Below are positions 53,320 through 62,413 of a DNA stretch of 64,000 nucleotides, one piece after another. The notes below the pieces were generated by a model. The model was not told the DNA's origin. It saw nothing but the letters and a program-made list of their open reading frames with translations, and did not search any database. Source of the DNA: an uncultured Alphaproteobacteria bacterium. Lineage in GTDB: Bacteria; Pseudomonadota; Alphaproteobacteria; Sphingomonadales; Sphingomonadaceae. The stretch spans positions 16,831 through 80,830 of the forward strand of contig CAVVQJ010000003.1 of the NCBI GenBank assembly GCA_963750385.1, read 5' to 3'. Every line of letters begins with the position of its first letter. The stretch's first letter is position 1. A program made the translations under genes and the position numbers.

Positions 53320-54570
53320 ATGGCGCTCCACGATCCGAACCTCGATCCCGGCCGGCTGTTCGCCGACGTCACCCAAAGCTGGTCGGACGTGGGTGGCGGC
53401 GTGGGCACCTATCTTCGCCATAAGCGCCGCCATATCCTGGAAAATACGCCGCACCGGCATTTGATGATCATTCCCGGACGCCGCGACGCGGTCCAGGTTG
53501 AAGAGGGCGGGCGGGCGGTGACCGTGTCCATCGCCTCCCCGAAGGTCCCCGGAAGTCCGCATTATCGCCTGATGCTGCGCAACCACGCGGTCCGCGCCGC
53601 GCTTGAGGCGCAACGGCCCGACCTGATCGAATGCCAAGACGCCTATAACCTACCCTGGGCGGCAATCGCGCATGGGCGGCGTCATCCGGCGACCGCGCTG
53701 GTGGCCGCTTACTGCACAGACTTTCCGAGCGTCTACGTCAAACGACCCTTTTCCAAATGGCTCGGCCGTCCGCTAGCCACGGCGGCTTCGCAACTTTGTT
53801 ATCGCTATTGCGGCAGGCTCTACCGTCAGTTCGATGCGGTCTATGCGATGAGCGAGAATGGCGGGGCGGCGAAGCTTCGCGAGCTTGGCGTGGACAATGT
53901 CGAGGTGGTGCCGCTGGGCGTCGAGCTGGGTGAATTCTCCCCCGCCAAGCGCAGCTCCAGATTTCGCCGTCGCCTTGGCCTGACAGACGAGCAGCCGCTG
54001 TTGATTTACGTCGGCCGCCTCGACGGCGAGAAACGTCCGGACGTGGTGGTCGACGCGTTCAAGCGCCTGCCGAGTCGCTTGGCGCCGCGCTTCTGCTCCT
54101 CGGCGATGGTCCGCTTCGGGAGGCAGCTTGCCGGGCGAACAGACGAGCGGATCTTCGCCCCCGGCTATTGCCGAGACCGAAGCGATCTCGCAGCCTGGCT
54201 GGCAAGCGCCGACCTTTATGTCTCGGCGATGGCCGACGAGACATTCGGCATTTCGATCATCGAGGCGCAGGCGTCCGGGCTGCCGGTGGTGGGCGTTGCC
54301 GCTGGAGCAATGATCGACCGGGTTCCGAGCGGGCTCGGGCTGGTCGGCGAAGTTGGTAACGGGGAGGCGATGGCGGCTAACATATTGGCCGTGCTCGGCG
54401 GCGATATGCGTACGATGGGTGACCAGGCGCGCGCCCATGCGCTCCAGTTCAGTTGGGGCCAAAGCATGGAACGTCTTTTCGGCCGGGTATATGCCCATGC
54501 TCGCCGACGTGCGGTCGAGCGGGCAACGATGTTCGCGAACAGGTCCGCGAGCGCCTGGGTCCGGGCCTGA
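53320..54570 (+). CDS. GT4-family (GT-B) glycosyltransferase (compensated frameshift pair near 54074 and 54125)
   Basis: ...LLIYVGRLDGEKRPDVV...ADLYVSAMADETFGISIIEAQASGLPVVG (the E-x7-E region). The expected LGAALLLLGDGPLREA segment is readable only in another frame between about 54075 and 54125. Confidence 0.8.
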   Translation: MALHDPNLDPGRLFADVTQSWSDVGGGVGTYLRHKRRHILENTPHRHLMIIPGRRDAVQVEEGGRAVTVSIASPKVPGSPHYRLMLRNHAVRAALEAQRPDLIECQDAYNLPWAAIAHGRRHPATALVAAYCTDFPSVYVKRPFSKWLGRPLATAASQLCYRYCGRLYRQFDAVYAMSENGGAAKLRELGVDNVEVVPLGVELGEFSPAKRSSRFRRRLGLTDEQPLLIYVGRLDGEKRPDVVVDAFKRLPSRLAPRFCSSAMVRFGRQLAGRTDERIFAPGYCRDRSDLAAWLASADLYVSAMADETFGISIIEAQASGLPVVGVAAGAMIDRVPSGLGLVGEVGNGEAMAANILAVLGGDMRTMGDQARAHALQFSWGQSMERLFGRVYAHARRRAVERATMFANRSASAWVRA

Positions 54571-54622
54571 ACTCATCCACTAAGCCTTTGCCCAAGCGTG
54601 GCCCGCGTGGCAGGAGCCCGGT

Positions 54623-55484
54623 GTGGACGCGCCTTATGCGATTTTAGAGCTGCTGGAACCTGGCGTCGGCCGGCTGCTGGCGCACAACCCGTCGCCCTTC
54701 ACCTACTTCGGAACCCAGACATACCTGATCGGAGAAGGGGAGGTGGTGGTCATCGATCCGGGCCCCGACCTGCCCGAACATCTCGATGCAATATTGGCCG
54801 CGCTTGATGGGCGACCTCTCGCCGCGATCGCGTGCACCCATACACATCGCGACCATAGCCCGGCGAGCCGCGCGCTCCAGGCTGGCGACCGGCGCTCCGA
54901 TTATCGGCTGCGCTCCACTGGCGCTGGAAAGCATTGGGCCGCGCGCCGACGCCGGTTTCGACAAATGATTATGTGCCTGATCGCATATTGTCCGACGGCG
55001 AAGCGATCGAGTTCGACGACGGCAAGCGCCTGGTCGCGGTGGCGACGCCCGGCCACACCAGCAACCACCTCTGCTTCGCGTTCGGCGATGCCCTGTTCAC
55101 CGGCGACCATGTGATGGGCTGGTCGACGACCGTCGTTGTGCCGCCCGACGGTGACATGGCGGCCTATATGGCAAGCCTGGACAAGCTTCGGCGGCGCCAG
55201 GATCGCATCTATTATCCGGCGCACGGTCCGGCCGTGACCAAGCCCAACCAGCAATTGTTCGCGGAATGATCGGCCATCGGCTTCAACGCGAGCGCCAGAT
55301 CCTCAAGCTGCTCCAGCAGCAGGCCCGCGACATTCCGGACATCGTCGCCAATGCCTATCCCGGGCTCGATCAACGGCTCGTCACCGCGGCGGGCGGCTCG
55401 GTGCTGGCGCATCTGATGGACCTGGAACGGCGTGGGCTCGTTGAATCGGGGGAGGGTGAAACATGGACGAAGAAAGCCGGATAA
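54623..55484 (+). CDS. MBL-fold hydrolase (glyoxalase II-like), three frameshifts
   Basis: Pieces 54623.. (CTHTHRDHSPA = HxHxDH), 54786..54968 (ATGAPIIGCAPLALES), 54934..55269 (TPGHTSNHLCF...TGDHVMGWS...YYPAHGP) and 55266..55484 (winged-helix-like tail) are colinear. Confidence 0.8.
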
Positions 55485-56179
55485 AGCTGAACCGGCCGCT
55501 GGTGATCGCCGCGGTGGCCGCCGCGCTGTTGCTTGGCCTGATCGTGGGGGGCGCTCTCGACATCGGCAAGCGCCTGTTCGGCGGGCCCGATCCCGAAACG
55601 GTCGCTTCGTCCGCGCTTCAGTCGATGCGCGCACAAAACCGGCTGGTGCCATTCGTGGCGCGCTACGTCTCGGTGGTCAGCAGCCGGCAGGAGCGGTTCG
55701 GCGGGCTGGTGAGTTCGGAGCGGACACTGATCCTGCCCGGCGATGTCCGCTACGAGCTCGACCTTGCCAAGCTCGGTCCTGGCGATGTCCGGTGGGATGC
55801 GGCAGGCAGCACGCTCAGTGTGACGCTCCCGAAATCGAGATCGCGGGTCCCGAAGTCGATCTGGCCGCGGCGCGTGAATATGGCGAGGGTGGGGTGCTGT
55901 CGGCGCGTGACCGACGCCAAGCAAACGCTCGACCGCAACAACCGCGCCCGCGCCGTTGCCGATCTGCGCAAACAGGCAGGTGCGTCGGTGCCCATGCGCC
56001 TGGCTCGAGAAGCCGGCCGACAGGCGGTCGAACGGAGCTTCGCGCTGCCGCTGCAGGCGGCCGGGTTCGACAATGCCAAGGTCGTCGCCCGCTACCCGAC
56101 CGAGGGCTCACCAGTGACCAAGCCCCTTGACCGCAGCCGAAGCTATAACGAAGTGATGGAAGAAGCGGCTGCCCGCTGA
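55463..56179 (+). CDS. DUF4230-like membrane-anchored protein (compensated frameshift pair near 55829 and 55898)
   Basis: N-terminal TM segment; ...[14 protein letters not shown]...[16 protein letters not shown]... The expected [25 protein letters not shown] segment reads in the frame of ORF 55432..56130. Confidence 0.6.
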   Translation: MDEESRIKLNRPLVIAAVAAALLLGLIVGGALDIGKRLFGGPDPETVASSALQSMRAQNRLVPFVARYVSVVSSRQERFGGLVSSERTLILPGDVRYELDLAKLGPGDVRWDAAGSTLSVTLPKSRSRVPKSIWPRRVNMARVGCCRRVTDAKQTLDRNNRARAVADLRKQAGASVPMRLAREAGRQAVERSFALPLQAAGFDNAKVVARYPTEGSPVTKPLDRSRSYNEVMEEAAAR

Positions 56180-56194
56180 TCGAAGGAACTGACG

Positions 56195-57200
56195 ATGATC
56201 CGCCCCGACCAGAGAGCCTCAAGGGCCTCGACCTGCTGGCCGAGATCAAGCGCCTGAAGGAAGAGCGCAACGCGGTCATCCTCGCCCATTATTACCAGAA
56301 ACCGGAAATCCAGGACCTTGCCGATTTCGTCGGTGACAGCCTCGACCTGTCGCGGAAGGCCGCCGCGACCGACGCCGAAGTGATTGCGTTTTGCGGCGTC
56401 CGCTTCATGGCCGAAACTGCCAAGATCCTGTCGCCGGAAAAGATCGTTGTGCTGCCCGACATGGATGCCGGTTGCAGTCTTGAGGATTCATGCCCGCCGG
56501 ACCAGTTCAAGGCGTTCCGCGAGGCTCACCCCGACCATATCGCGCTGACCTACATCAACTGCTCGGCGGCGGTGAAGGCGCTTAGCGACATTATCGTCAC
56601 CTCGTCAGCGGCGCGAATCGATTATCGACCAAATCCCCATGGACCAGAAGATCATCTTCGGGCCCGATCGCCACCTTGGGGGCTATCTCGATCGAAGGTT
56701 CGGCGCGCGAGATGCTGCTGTGGCCCGGCATCTGCATCGTCCACCAGGCTTTCTCGGAAACCGAGCTGCTGAAGTTGAAGGCGCAGCATCCCGGCGCGCC
56801 GGTCGCGGCACATCCTGAATGCCCGCCGCACATCATCGACCATGCCGATCATGTCGGCAGCACCAAGTCGATCCTCGACTTCGCGATCAATTCGCCCAGC
56901 GACACGATCCTGGTCGCGACCGAGCCGCACATCATCCACCAGATGGAGAAGGCCGCGCCCCACAAGACGTTCATTGGTACGCCCGGCGGGGACGGTAACT
57001 GCAACTGCAACATGTGCCCCTATATGGCGCTCAATACGCTGGAAAAGCTCTACGTCGCCCTGCGCGATCTCGAGCCCCGCATCGAATTGTCACCCGAAGT
57101 GATGGAGAAGGCGCGCATTCCGCTCGAGCGCATGCTGGAGATGGCGGGCCGAACCGTTGGACAGGGCGACGTCGGAAAGCCCAGAATTTCGGGCGACTGA
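56195..57200 (+). CDS. nadA: quinolinate synthase (at least 3 frameshifts)
   Basis: [42 protein letters not shown]...[14 protein letters not shown]...CSLEDSC...; then [20 protein letters not shown] in a second frame; then [12 protein letters not shown]...HPECPP...CNCNMCPYM in ORF 56676..57200. Confidence 0.88.
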
Positions 57201-57204
57201 CCGC

Positions 57205-58278
57205 TCAGATCAAATCGCGCCGCCTCGCGAGGTCCAGAATGGCGTCGGCCTGACGCCGGGACGCGGGCACGGGGCTTTCATCGATTGACTCCAGCATCGC
57301 CCGCCGCTGTAGGGACTGGAAATTCGGCTGGAGCGCTTCGGCCCGATCGAGCGCCGGACCGAGCTCCTCCGGTCTTTCGATGACCTGCCCCAGTTCGAAA
57401 TGGCGAAACTCTTCCTTCCCTTGCCACTCGAAGCCCTGGGCGTTGACGAAAATGCACGGCCGCGGCCGAACCAGAAACTCATAAAGCTGGCTGCTGGCGT
57501 CGCCGATGTAGACCGTCGCCGCCTGGGTGTAGCTCATGTCGATCGACCGGGCGCTTCCTCGATCGATGAGTATATTCTGGGCCCTGCTCTTTATGCGCGG
57601 CCCCCCTTTGAGCTTCACATGGGGTGCGACGATGAAATTCCACCCTTCGATCGCTTCCATTTCCCGCACCAGCCCGGCACCCAGCCCGAACCAGCTCGAC
57701 AGATCGGGCCGGCTGTGGGGATTGTAGAGCGCGATCGGGCGATCATTGTCGAACAGGCGCGAAGGCGGCTTGACCAGCTCAAACTTCGCATAGCCCGTCA
57801 CCTCGACATTCTCCTTGGTCGCCAGTCCCGCCGATATCAGCCGTCGTTTGTCCTTCTCGCCACCAACCAGGGAAAGGTCGAACCGCTCGATCCGGGTATC
57901 GTCGAGCCGGGTGGCGGCATCGCCGACGCCATGCCGGATGCGCACGAGACAGGAGTGGAACCCGCGATCGTCCTTCAGCCGGGCGCTGGTCGATTCGGTC
58001 GTGACCAGGATCGGGTATCGGCGGAACAACCAGCGATACAGGATGTGAACCCGCTTTCGCGCTGGCAGGTCGAACAGGCCGTCATGAAGCTGTGCGGGAA
58101 GCCAGATGAGATCGAGCGTTTTGCCCGGATCGAAGCCCCTGATGAACTTCATTCCGGCGCGACTGGGGCAAAGCACCTCGACCCGCACCCCGGGCCTGCG
58201 GGCAAGTTCCAGCGCGGCGGGGATCCAGTGGAGATGCTGGTGCGCCTGGGCAAGCGCGAGAAAGCCGATTTTCAGCAT
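57205..58278 (-). CDS. TagF-like CDP-glycerol glycerophosphotransferase-family / GT-B-like transferase (tentative)
   Basis: 357 aa. IALYNPHSRP (compare the LYAPTWR motif), FIVAPHVKL, and DMSYTQAATVYIGDASSQLYEFLVRPRPCIF (compare ...LITDYSS..FDF....P.I.F). This is motif-level recall only. Confidence 0.5.
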   Translation of the reverse strand: MLKIGFLALAQAHQHLHWIPAALELARRPGVRVEVLCPSRAGMKFIRGFDPGKTLDLIWLPAQLHDGLFDLPARKRVHILYRWLFRRYPILVTTESTSARLKDDRGFHSCLVRIRHGVGDAATRLDDTRIERFDLSLVGGEKDKRRLISAGLATKENVEVTGYAKFELVKPPSRLFDNDRPIALYNPHSRPDLSSWFGLGAGLVREMEAIEGWNFIVAPHVKLKGGPRIKSRAQNILIDRGSARSIDMSYTQAATVYIGDASSQLYEFLVRPRPCIFVNAQGFEWQGKEEFRHFELGQVIERPEELGPALDRAEALQPNFQSLQRRAMLESIDESPVPASRRQADAILDLARRRDLI

Positions 58279-58406
58279 CGACCGCGCGGAATGTCGCCAC
58301 GCCAGACAGGCGCCGGACTTGCCAAGTTGCTACGCACCATTATCTGTCCTCCTGCCGCGCATAAACTGGCGTTCCTTGTAAGCAATGAAACGGGTAGGGC
58401 TGTCCA

Positions 58407-59420
58407 GTGGTGACAAAGGTCGACGCAAAGCTGCCCTCCGTGACGCTGGTGATCGAGTGGGAAAATGCGATCGATGTCACCGACGAGTGGACCGGTCGGG
58501 CAATGAGCGCGCTCGAGCGGGAAATGGAAGCGGTCGCCAGCCAGATGACCGCCAAGCCGCGGATCATGTATCTTTACGACGAGCAGGCCGTTCCCGCCGG
58601 AACGATCGAGCGGACGCTGGACCAGATCGCGCCACGGCTCGGCGAACTGGCCGACGTGGAGATCATTCCGACGCCAGGCCTGAGCTATTACAAGCTCAAG
58701 AATTTTGAAATCGGCCGCTCGACCACCGACCTGACGGTGATGCTGGACAGCGATGCCGCGCCCCAGCCGGGCTGGCTCGAGAATTTGCTCAAGCCATTCG
58801 CCGATCCCCAGACCATGGTCGTTGGCGGCTTCACGACGCTCGGCTCCAACGACCTGCTATCGCGCGCGATGGCGCTCAGCTGGGTGTTCAACCTGCCGCA
58901 CGAGCGCGAAAAAACCGCTAAGCGCAACAAGATCCATGTCAACAATTGCGCGGTCCGCACCGACTTCTTCAAGGACCATCCCTTTCCCGATCTGCCGGCC
59001 TTCAAGAAGCAATGCGTTTTCTGGCTGCGCGGGCTGTCAGCGGAAGGGCACAAGTTCGTCAGGACGGCGGATGCGATGGTCATCCATGCCCCGCATCCCG
59101 GAGCAAAATTCCTCGCCTGGCGGGCATGGACCGGCGGCATGGACAGCGATTATCTGGGGTTTCAGACCGGCAGCCGGTCGCGATTGGGACGGCTTGGCTA
59201 CGCCTTCAAATATTTTGTCCGAAAGCTGGCGCGGTCATGGCGCAATATTATCCGGCATGGCGGGAAGGTCGGCTTGCCAGGCTGGCAGCGGCCGATCGCG
59301 ATGCTCATCTCGCTCCTCTATTATCTGGTCACGCTGGCCGGACAATTGGCAAGCGTGCTGACCCGAAGCTTCGAACCGCTTCCGGCCCAATATACCCGGC
59401 CCGCCACTTCCCCCTCCTGA
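58407..59420 (+). CDS. GT2-family glycosyltransferase-like protein
   Basis: SVTLVIEWENA..., LDSDAAPQPGWLENL (DxD), and a C-terminal TM segment. GTG start. Confidence 0.7.
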   Translation: MVTKVDAKLPSVTLVIEWENAIDVTDEWTGRAMSALEREMEAVASQMTAKPRIMYLYDEQAVPAGTIERTLDQIAPRLGELADVEIIPTPGLSYYKLKNFEIGRSTTDLTVMLDSDAAPQPGWLENLLKPFADPQTMVVGGFTTLGSNDLLSRAMALSWVFNLPHEREKTAKRNKIHVNNCAVRTDFFKDHPFPDLPAFKKQCVFWLRGLSAEGHKFVRTADAMVIHAPHPGAKFLAWRAWTGGMDSDYLGFQTGSRSRLGRLGYAFKYFVRKLARSWRNIIRHGGKVGLPGWQRPIAMLISLLYYLVTLAGQLASVLTRSFEPLPAQYTRPATSPS

Positions 59421-60338
59421 TCTAAAGCCCGCGCACCAGCTTTCGCCGCGCCCGGAAGCGGCCGATGCCGTCAAGGGTGAGTGCGAGGAATCGCCCACGC
59501 CCAATGCTCGCGCCAGCGGGACGGCGTCACGCACGGCGGCGCCAATGCGTCCTTTCCTCAAAAGGCGGATGAAATGCCGGCCGAGGTCGTGCGCGAAGCC
59601 CGGACGATAGGCGGGGTTGTCATAATATTCCGGGTGACGGCGATAGAAGGCCAGCGTCGAGTCCACGAAGTTGGCGGAGCTTCCCGAGATGGTGTCCCTG
59701 GAATAGGTCTTGCACCACAACAGTTCGTCGGTCGTCGCGCACCGCGCGACCGCGGCGAGCCTCAAGATGAAGTCGAAGTCTTGGCGACGGCGCAATTGCT
59801 CGTCGAACATCCCCGCCCGCAACACCGCCTCTCGCCGGGCCGTGATCGCGGGGGTCGCCTTCCAGATGCGGCGATTGTACAGCGCATCGACGATGTCGCT
59901 ATTGGAATCGAGCACTGGATTGCGGAGCTCGACATCCGGCCGGTCGCGCTCCGGACGATAGGTTTTGACGAAGCTGTCGAGCAGCACGTCGAGCTCGGGC
60001 CGATCGCGCAGCACCCCGACCGCAAAGCCCAGCTTGTGGGGCAAGTAGCGATCGTCGCTGTCGAGGAAGGTAATCAGCGGCGCGCGGGACGCCTGGATGC
60101 CCTGGTTTCGGGCGGCGTTCCCGCCAACGTTGCGGGGCAGCGCAATGAGGCGAAGTCGCGGATCGTGAAACGAGTTTACCGCGACGACCGTGCCGTCGGT
60201 CGATCCGTCATCGACCACGATCAGCTCGAAATCGGCAAAATCCTGATCGAGGACGCTTTGGATCGCAACCTCAATCGCCTTGGCCCGGTTGAACACCGGC
60301 ATGATCACCGAAATTGCGGGAGGATCGGGGCTGTGCAT
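59235..60338 (-). CDS. GT2-family glycosyltransferase (3' end uncertain)
   Basis: ISVIMPVFNRAKAIEVAIQSVLDQDFADFELIVVDDGSTDGT...FLDSDDRYLPHKL. The last ~60 codons are low-complexity and overlap the convergent gene by 186 nt. The real stop is probably earlier, or the end is frameshifted. Confidence 0.8.
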   Translation of the reverse strand: MHSPDPPAISVIMPVFNRAKAIEVAIQSVLDQDFADFELIVVDDGSTDGTVVAVNSFHDPRLRLIALPRNVGGNAARNQGIQASRAPLITFLDSDDRYLPHKLGFAVGVLRDRPELDVLLDSFVKTYRPERDRPDVELRNPVLDSNSDIVDALYNRRIWKATPAITARREAVLRAGMFDEQLRRRQDFDFILRLAAVARCATTDELLWCKTYSRDTISGSSANFVDSTLAFYRRHPEYYDNPAYRPGFAHDLGRHFIRLLRKGRIGAAVRDAVPLARALGVGDSSHSPLTASAASGRGESWCAGFRSGGGSGGPGILGRKRFEASGQHACQLSGQRDQIIEERDEHRDRPLPAWQADLPAMPDNIAP

Positions 60339-60356
60339 CCGGGAAGGGGCGTCCGT

Positions 60357-60794
60357 CTAGCGGCCCGGGTCGACGTCGACCGTCCGTGCTTCCGGATGAT
60401 GCTTGTCGAGGTGGCGCTTGATGATCCGTACATTCCGCGTGTTCGACCGGAAGAAGAAATCGGGAATCGCGCCGATCCACGGGATCAGGCCGAGCAGCAT
60501 GTCGAACCCGATGTTGCCGCCCATCCGCGCAATCTGCCATTTCGACATGCCGAGGTTGCGGGCTTCCCAGGCGATGTAGCTTCCCAGCGCGGCGGCCGAG
60601 ATGGTCCCGACGCCAGGAACCAGGTCGAGGATCACGTCGAGACCGACCGGCCTGTTGATCCCCGGAATGATGAACATCCGTTCGAGGATTTTCTCCATCC
60701 CCTCGATCCGCTGCCGGACGGAGGCGGGGTCGCTGGCCATGCTCGGAAATTCCCGCCGGAGTTTGGGTGTCGGGGGTTCAATGATGTCCGTCAT
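60357..60794 (-). CDS. DUF4112-domain membrane protein
   Basis: IPGINRPVGLDVILDLVPGVGTISAAALGSYIAWEARNLG...NIGFDMLLGLIPWIGAIPDFFFRSNTRN. ATGA overlap with the upstream SBP gene. Confidence 0.7.
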   Translation of the reverse strand: MTDIIEPPTPKLRREFPSMASDPASVRQRIEGMEKILERMFIIPGINRPVGLDVILDLVPGVGTISAAALGSYIAWEARNLGMSKWQIARMGGNIGFDMLLGLIPWIGAIPDFFFRSNTRNVRIIKRHLDKHHPEARTVDVDPGR

Positions 60795-62299
60795 GGCGTA
60801 TCCCCGCTGATTCTGGTGTCACTCAGGCCCACCAACGTGTGACGGGCGAACGGGTTCTCGGCAAAGCCCGGCGCGCGGCCCGATACCAGCGACCAGCGGA
60901 TTGGTGCGGCCACCGGCATAAACAGCTGCGCCTCATCCATCATCCTCGCGGCCTCAAGGAACAGCGCCGCTCGCTGCGCCGCGACGGGGGCGGCGCGAGC
61001 CGCCTCCAGCAATTCCTCCGCACCTTCAACGCAGATCGCGGCAATTGCGCAGCGAAAGCGGCGAAGGAACCAGGAGGGGGAGGAGGAGGGTGCAACCTCG
61101 TCGATCCAGACAAGGTCGGCCGACGCGGCGGATGGCGCTCGTTCGACCATGATGCCCAGCGGAGCCCAGTCGTAGCGCAGCCGAGCGAGCAAGAAGTCGC
61201 CGCCCTGCCCCTCGGGCATCGCCAGGCGAAGCACTGGACGGTCCGTTCCCGCGAGCAACCGATTAGCTTCCGCGACAAGGGCGGCCCGGCGCTCATCCAT
61301 GGGCTGGTTCAGCCACTCTGGCTGGGCCGGCTGGCCAATTCCCTCAAGCCCGGCCTGGAGCAGTGTGGCGCGGGGGACAAGGTTGTCGACGTTGAGGCCG
61401 GCAACCAATGCGGGCCGATCGATCGCGCGGCTGAGAAGGCGGCGAAACGCCTCGTCCTGGACCAGCTTGCTGCGTTTCGTCGGCGCAAGCCCGAACAGGC
61501 CCGCCACCGGATCGAAACGGAGCGTTCCGCGCGGCACCTTGGCGCGCATCGCAAAGGGCAGGTCGCCCACCGTCCCGCCCAGTAGCAGGTCGAGGTTTCC
61601 GGCGGCGAAGGCGGCGACGAGGTCGCTTGCGTCACCGCCCTGGATGCGAACCCTTTCAACCGGGTCCTTGGCGTCGGGGATGCGGATGCGATGGACGATG
61701 CTGAGCAGCTTGTCGCCTCCGCCTGCCGCCGGAACCTCCGCGGCCTCTTTCGGTGTCGGCAGCCGGAAGGGGCCGGTCCCGGCGCCCCCGCGCACAAGGC
61801 CGAATTCGGGCTGGGCAAGCAACTGCAGCAGGTTGGGCCGCGGCGCGTCTAGGCGGATTTCGATGACCCGATCGGTCATCGCGACAATCTCACCGACCGC
61901 GCCCAGCGCATCCTTCAGCGGATTGGTGCTTGCCGGGCGCAACTGGCGGTTGAGAATTCGCGCCACTTCGTCGGCTCGGATCTTGCGGCCGTCGGCCCAC
62001 TCGCCGGTTTGCAGCCGGAAGATATAGCTAAGGCCGTCGTCGCTGACGTTCCAGCGTTCCGCGAGCCCGGGCACGACCTGCCCGCGCTCGTCGAAGCGGA
62101 CCAGGCCCTGCGCCATGTTGGAGCGAACCAGCGCTTCGCCCGGCGTGAGCGGCGCGGTGACGGTTTCGACCAGCTTTGGCTCCGGCCCGATTGCCGCCAC
62201 TCGCGCGACGCCGCCAGAATCCCGGTCGCAGCCCGAGGTGCCCACTGCGGCGCACAGCGCCGCGATGATCAGGCATGGACGGAAACAGAAAATAGCCAT
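60791..62299 (-). CDS. family-5 (peptide/nickel type) ABC substrate-binding lipoprotein, orphan
   Basis: Lipobox GTSGC; MAQGLVRFDERGQVVPGLAERWNVSDDGLSYIFRL...WADG. There are no permease or ATPase genes nearby. Confidence 0.75.
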   Translation of the reverse strand: MAIFCFRPCLIIAALCAAVGTSGCDRDSGGVARVAAIGPEPKLVETVTAPLTPGEALVRSNMAQGLVRFDERGQVVPGLAERWNVSDDGLSYIFRLQTGEWADGRKIRADEVARILNRQLRPASTNPLKDALGAVGEIVAMTDRVIEIRLDAPRPNLLQLLAQPEFGLVRGGAGTGPFRLPTPKEAAEVPAAGGGDKLLSIVHRIRIPDAKDPVERVRIQGGDASDLVAAFAAGNLDLLLGGTVGDLPFAMRAKVPRGTLRFDPVAGLFGLAPTKRSKLVQDEAFRRLLSRAIDRPALVAGLNVDNLVPRATLLQAGLEGIGQPAQPEWLNQPMDERRAALVAEANRLLAGTDRPVLRLAMPEGQGGDFLLARLRYDWAPLGIMVERAPSAASADLVWIDEVAPSSSPSWFLRRFRCAIAAICVEGAEELLEAARAAPVAAQRAALFLEAARMMDEAQLFMPVAAPIRWSLVSGRAPGFAENPFARHTLVGLSDTRISGDTP

Positions 62300-62413
62300 C
62301 GGTCCGCTGGTTTAGCCTTAAACCGGGGTTCATCAACCACTGGATATTTCCATCGAACTGTTTTACTCGACTAAAGCAGTGCGGCAGCCTGACGGGTGGC
62401 CGGAAAGGGAGCG

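Noticed and set aside
59481-60842. 453-aa plus-strand ORF.
   Set aside because: It is antisense to the GT2 and DUF4112 genes, with Arg/Gly/Asp-rich shadow composition.
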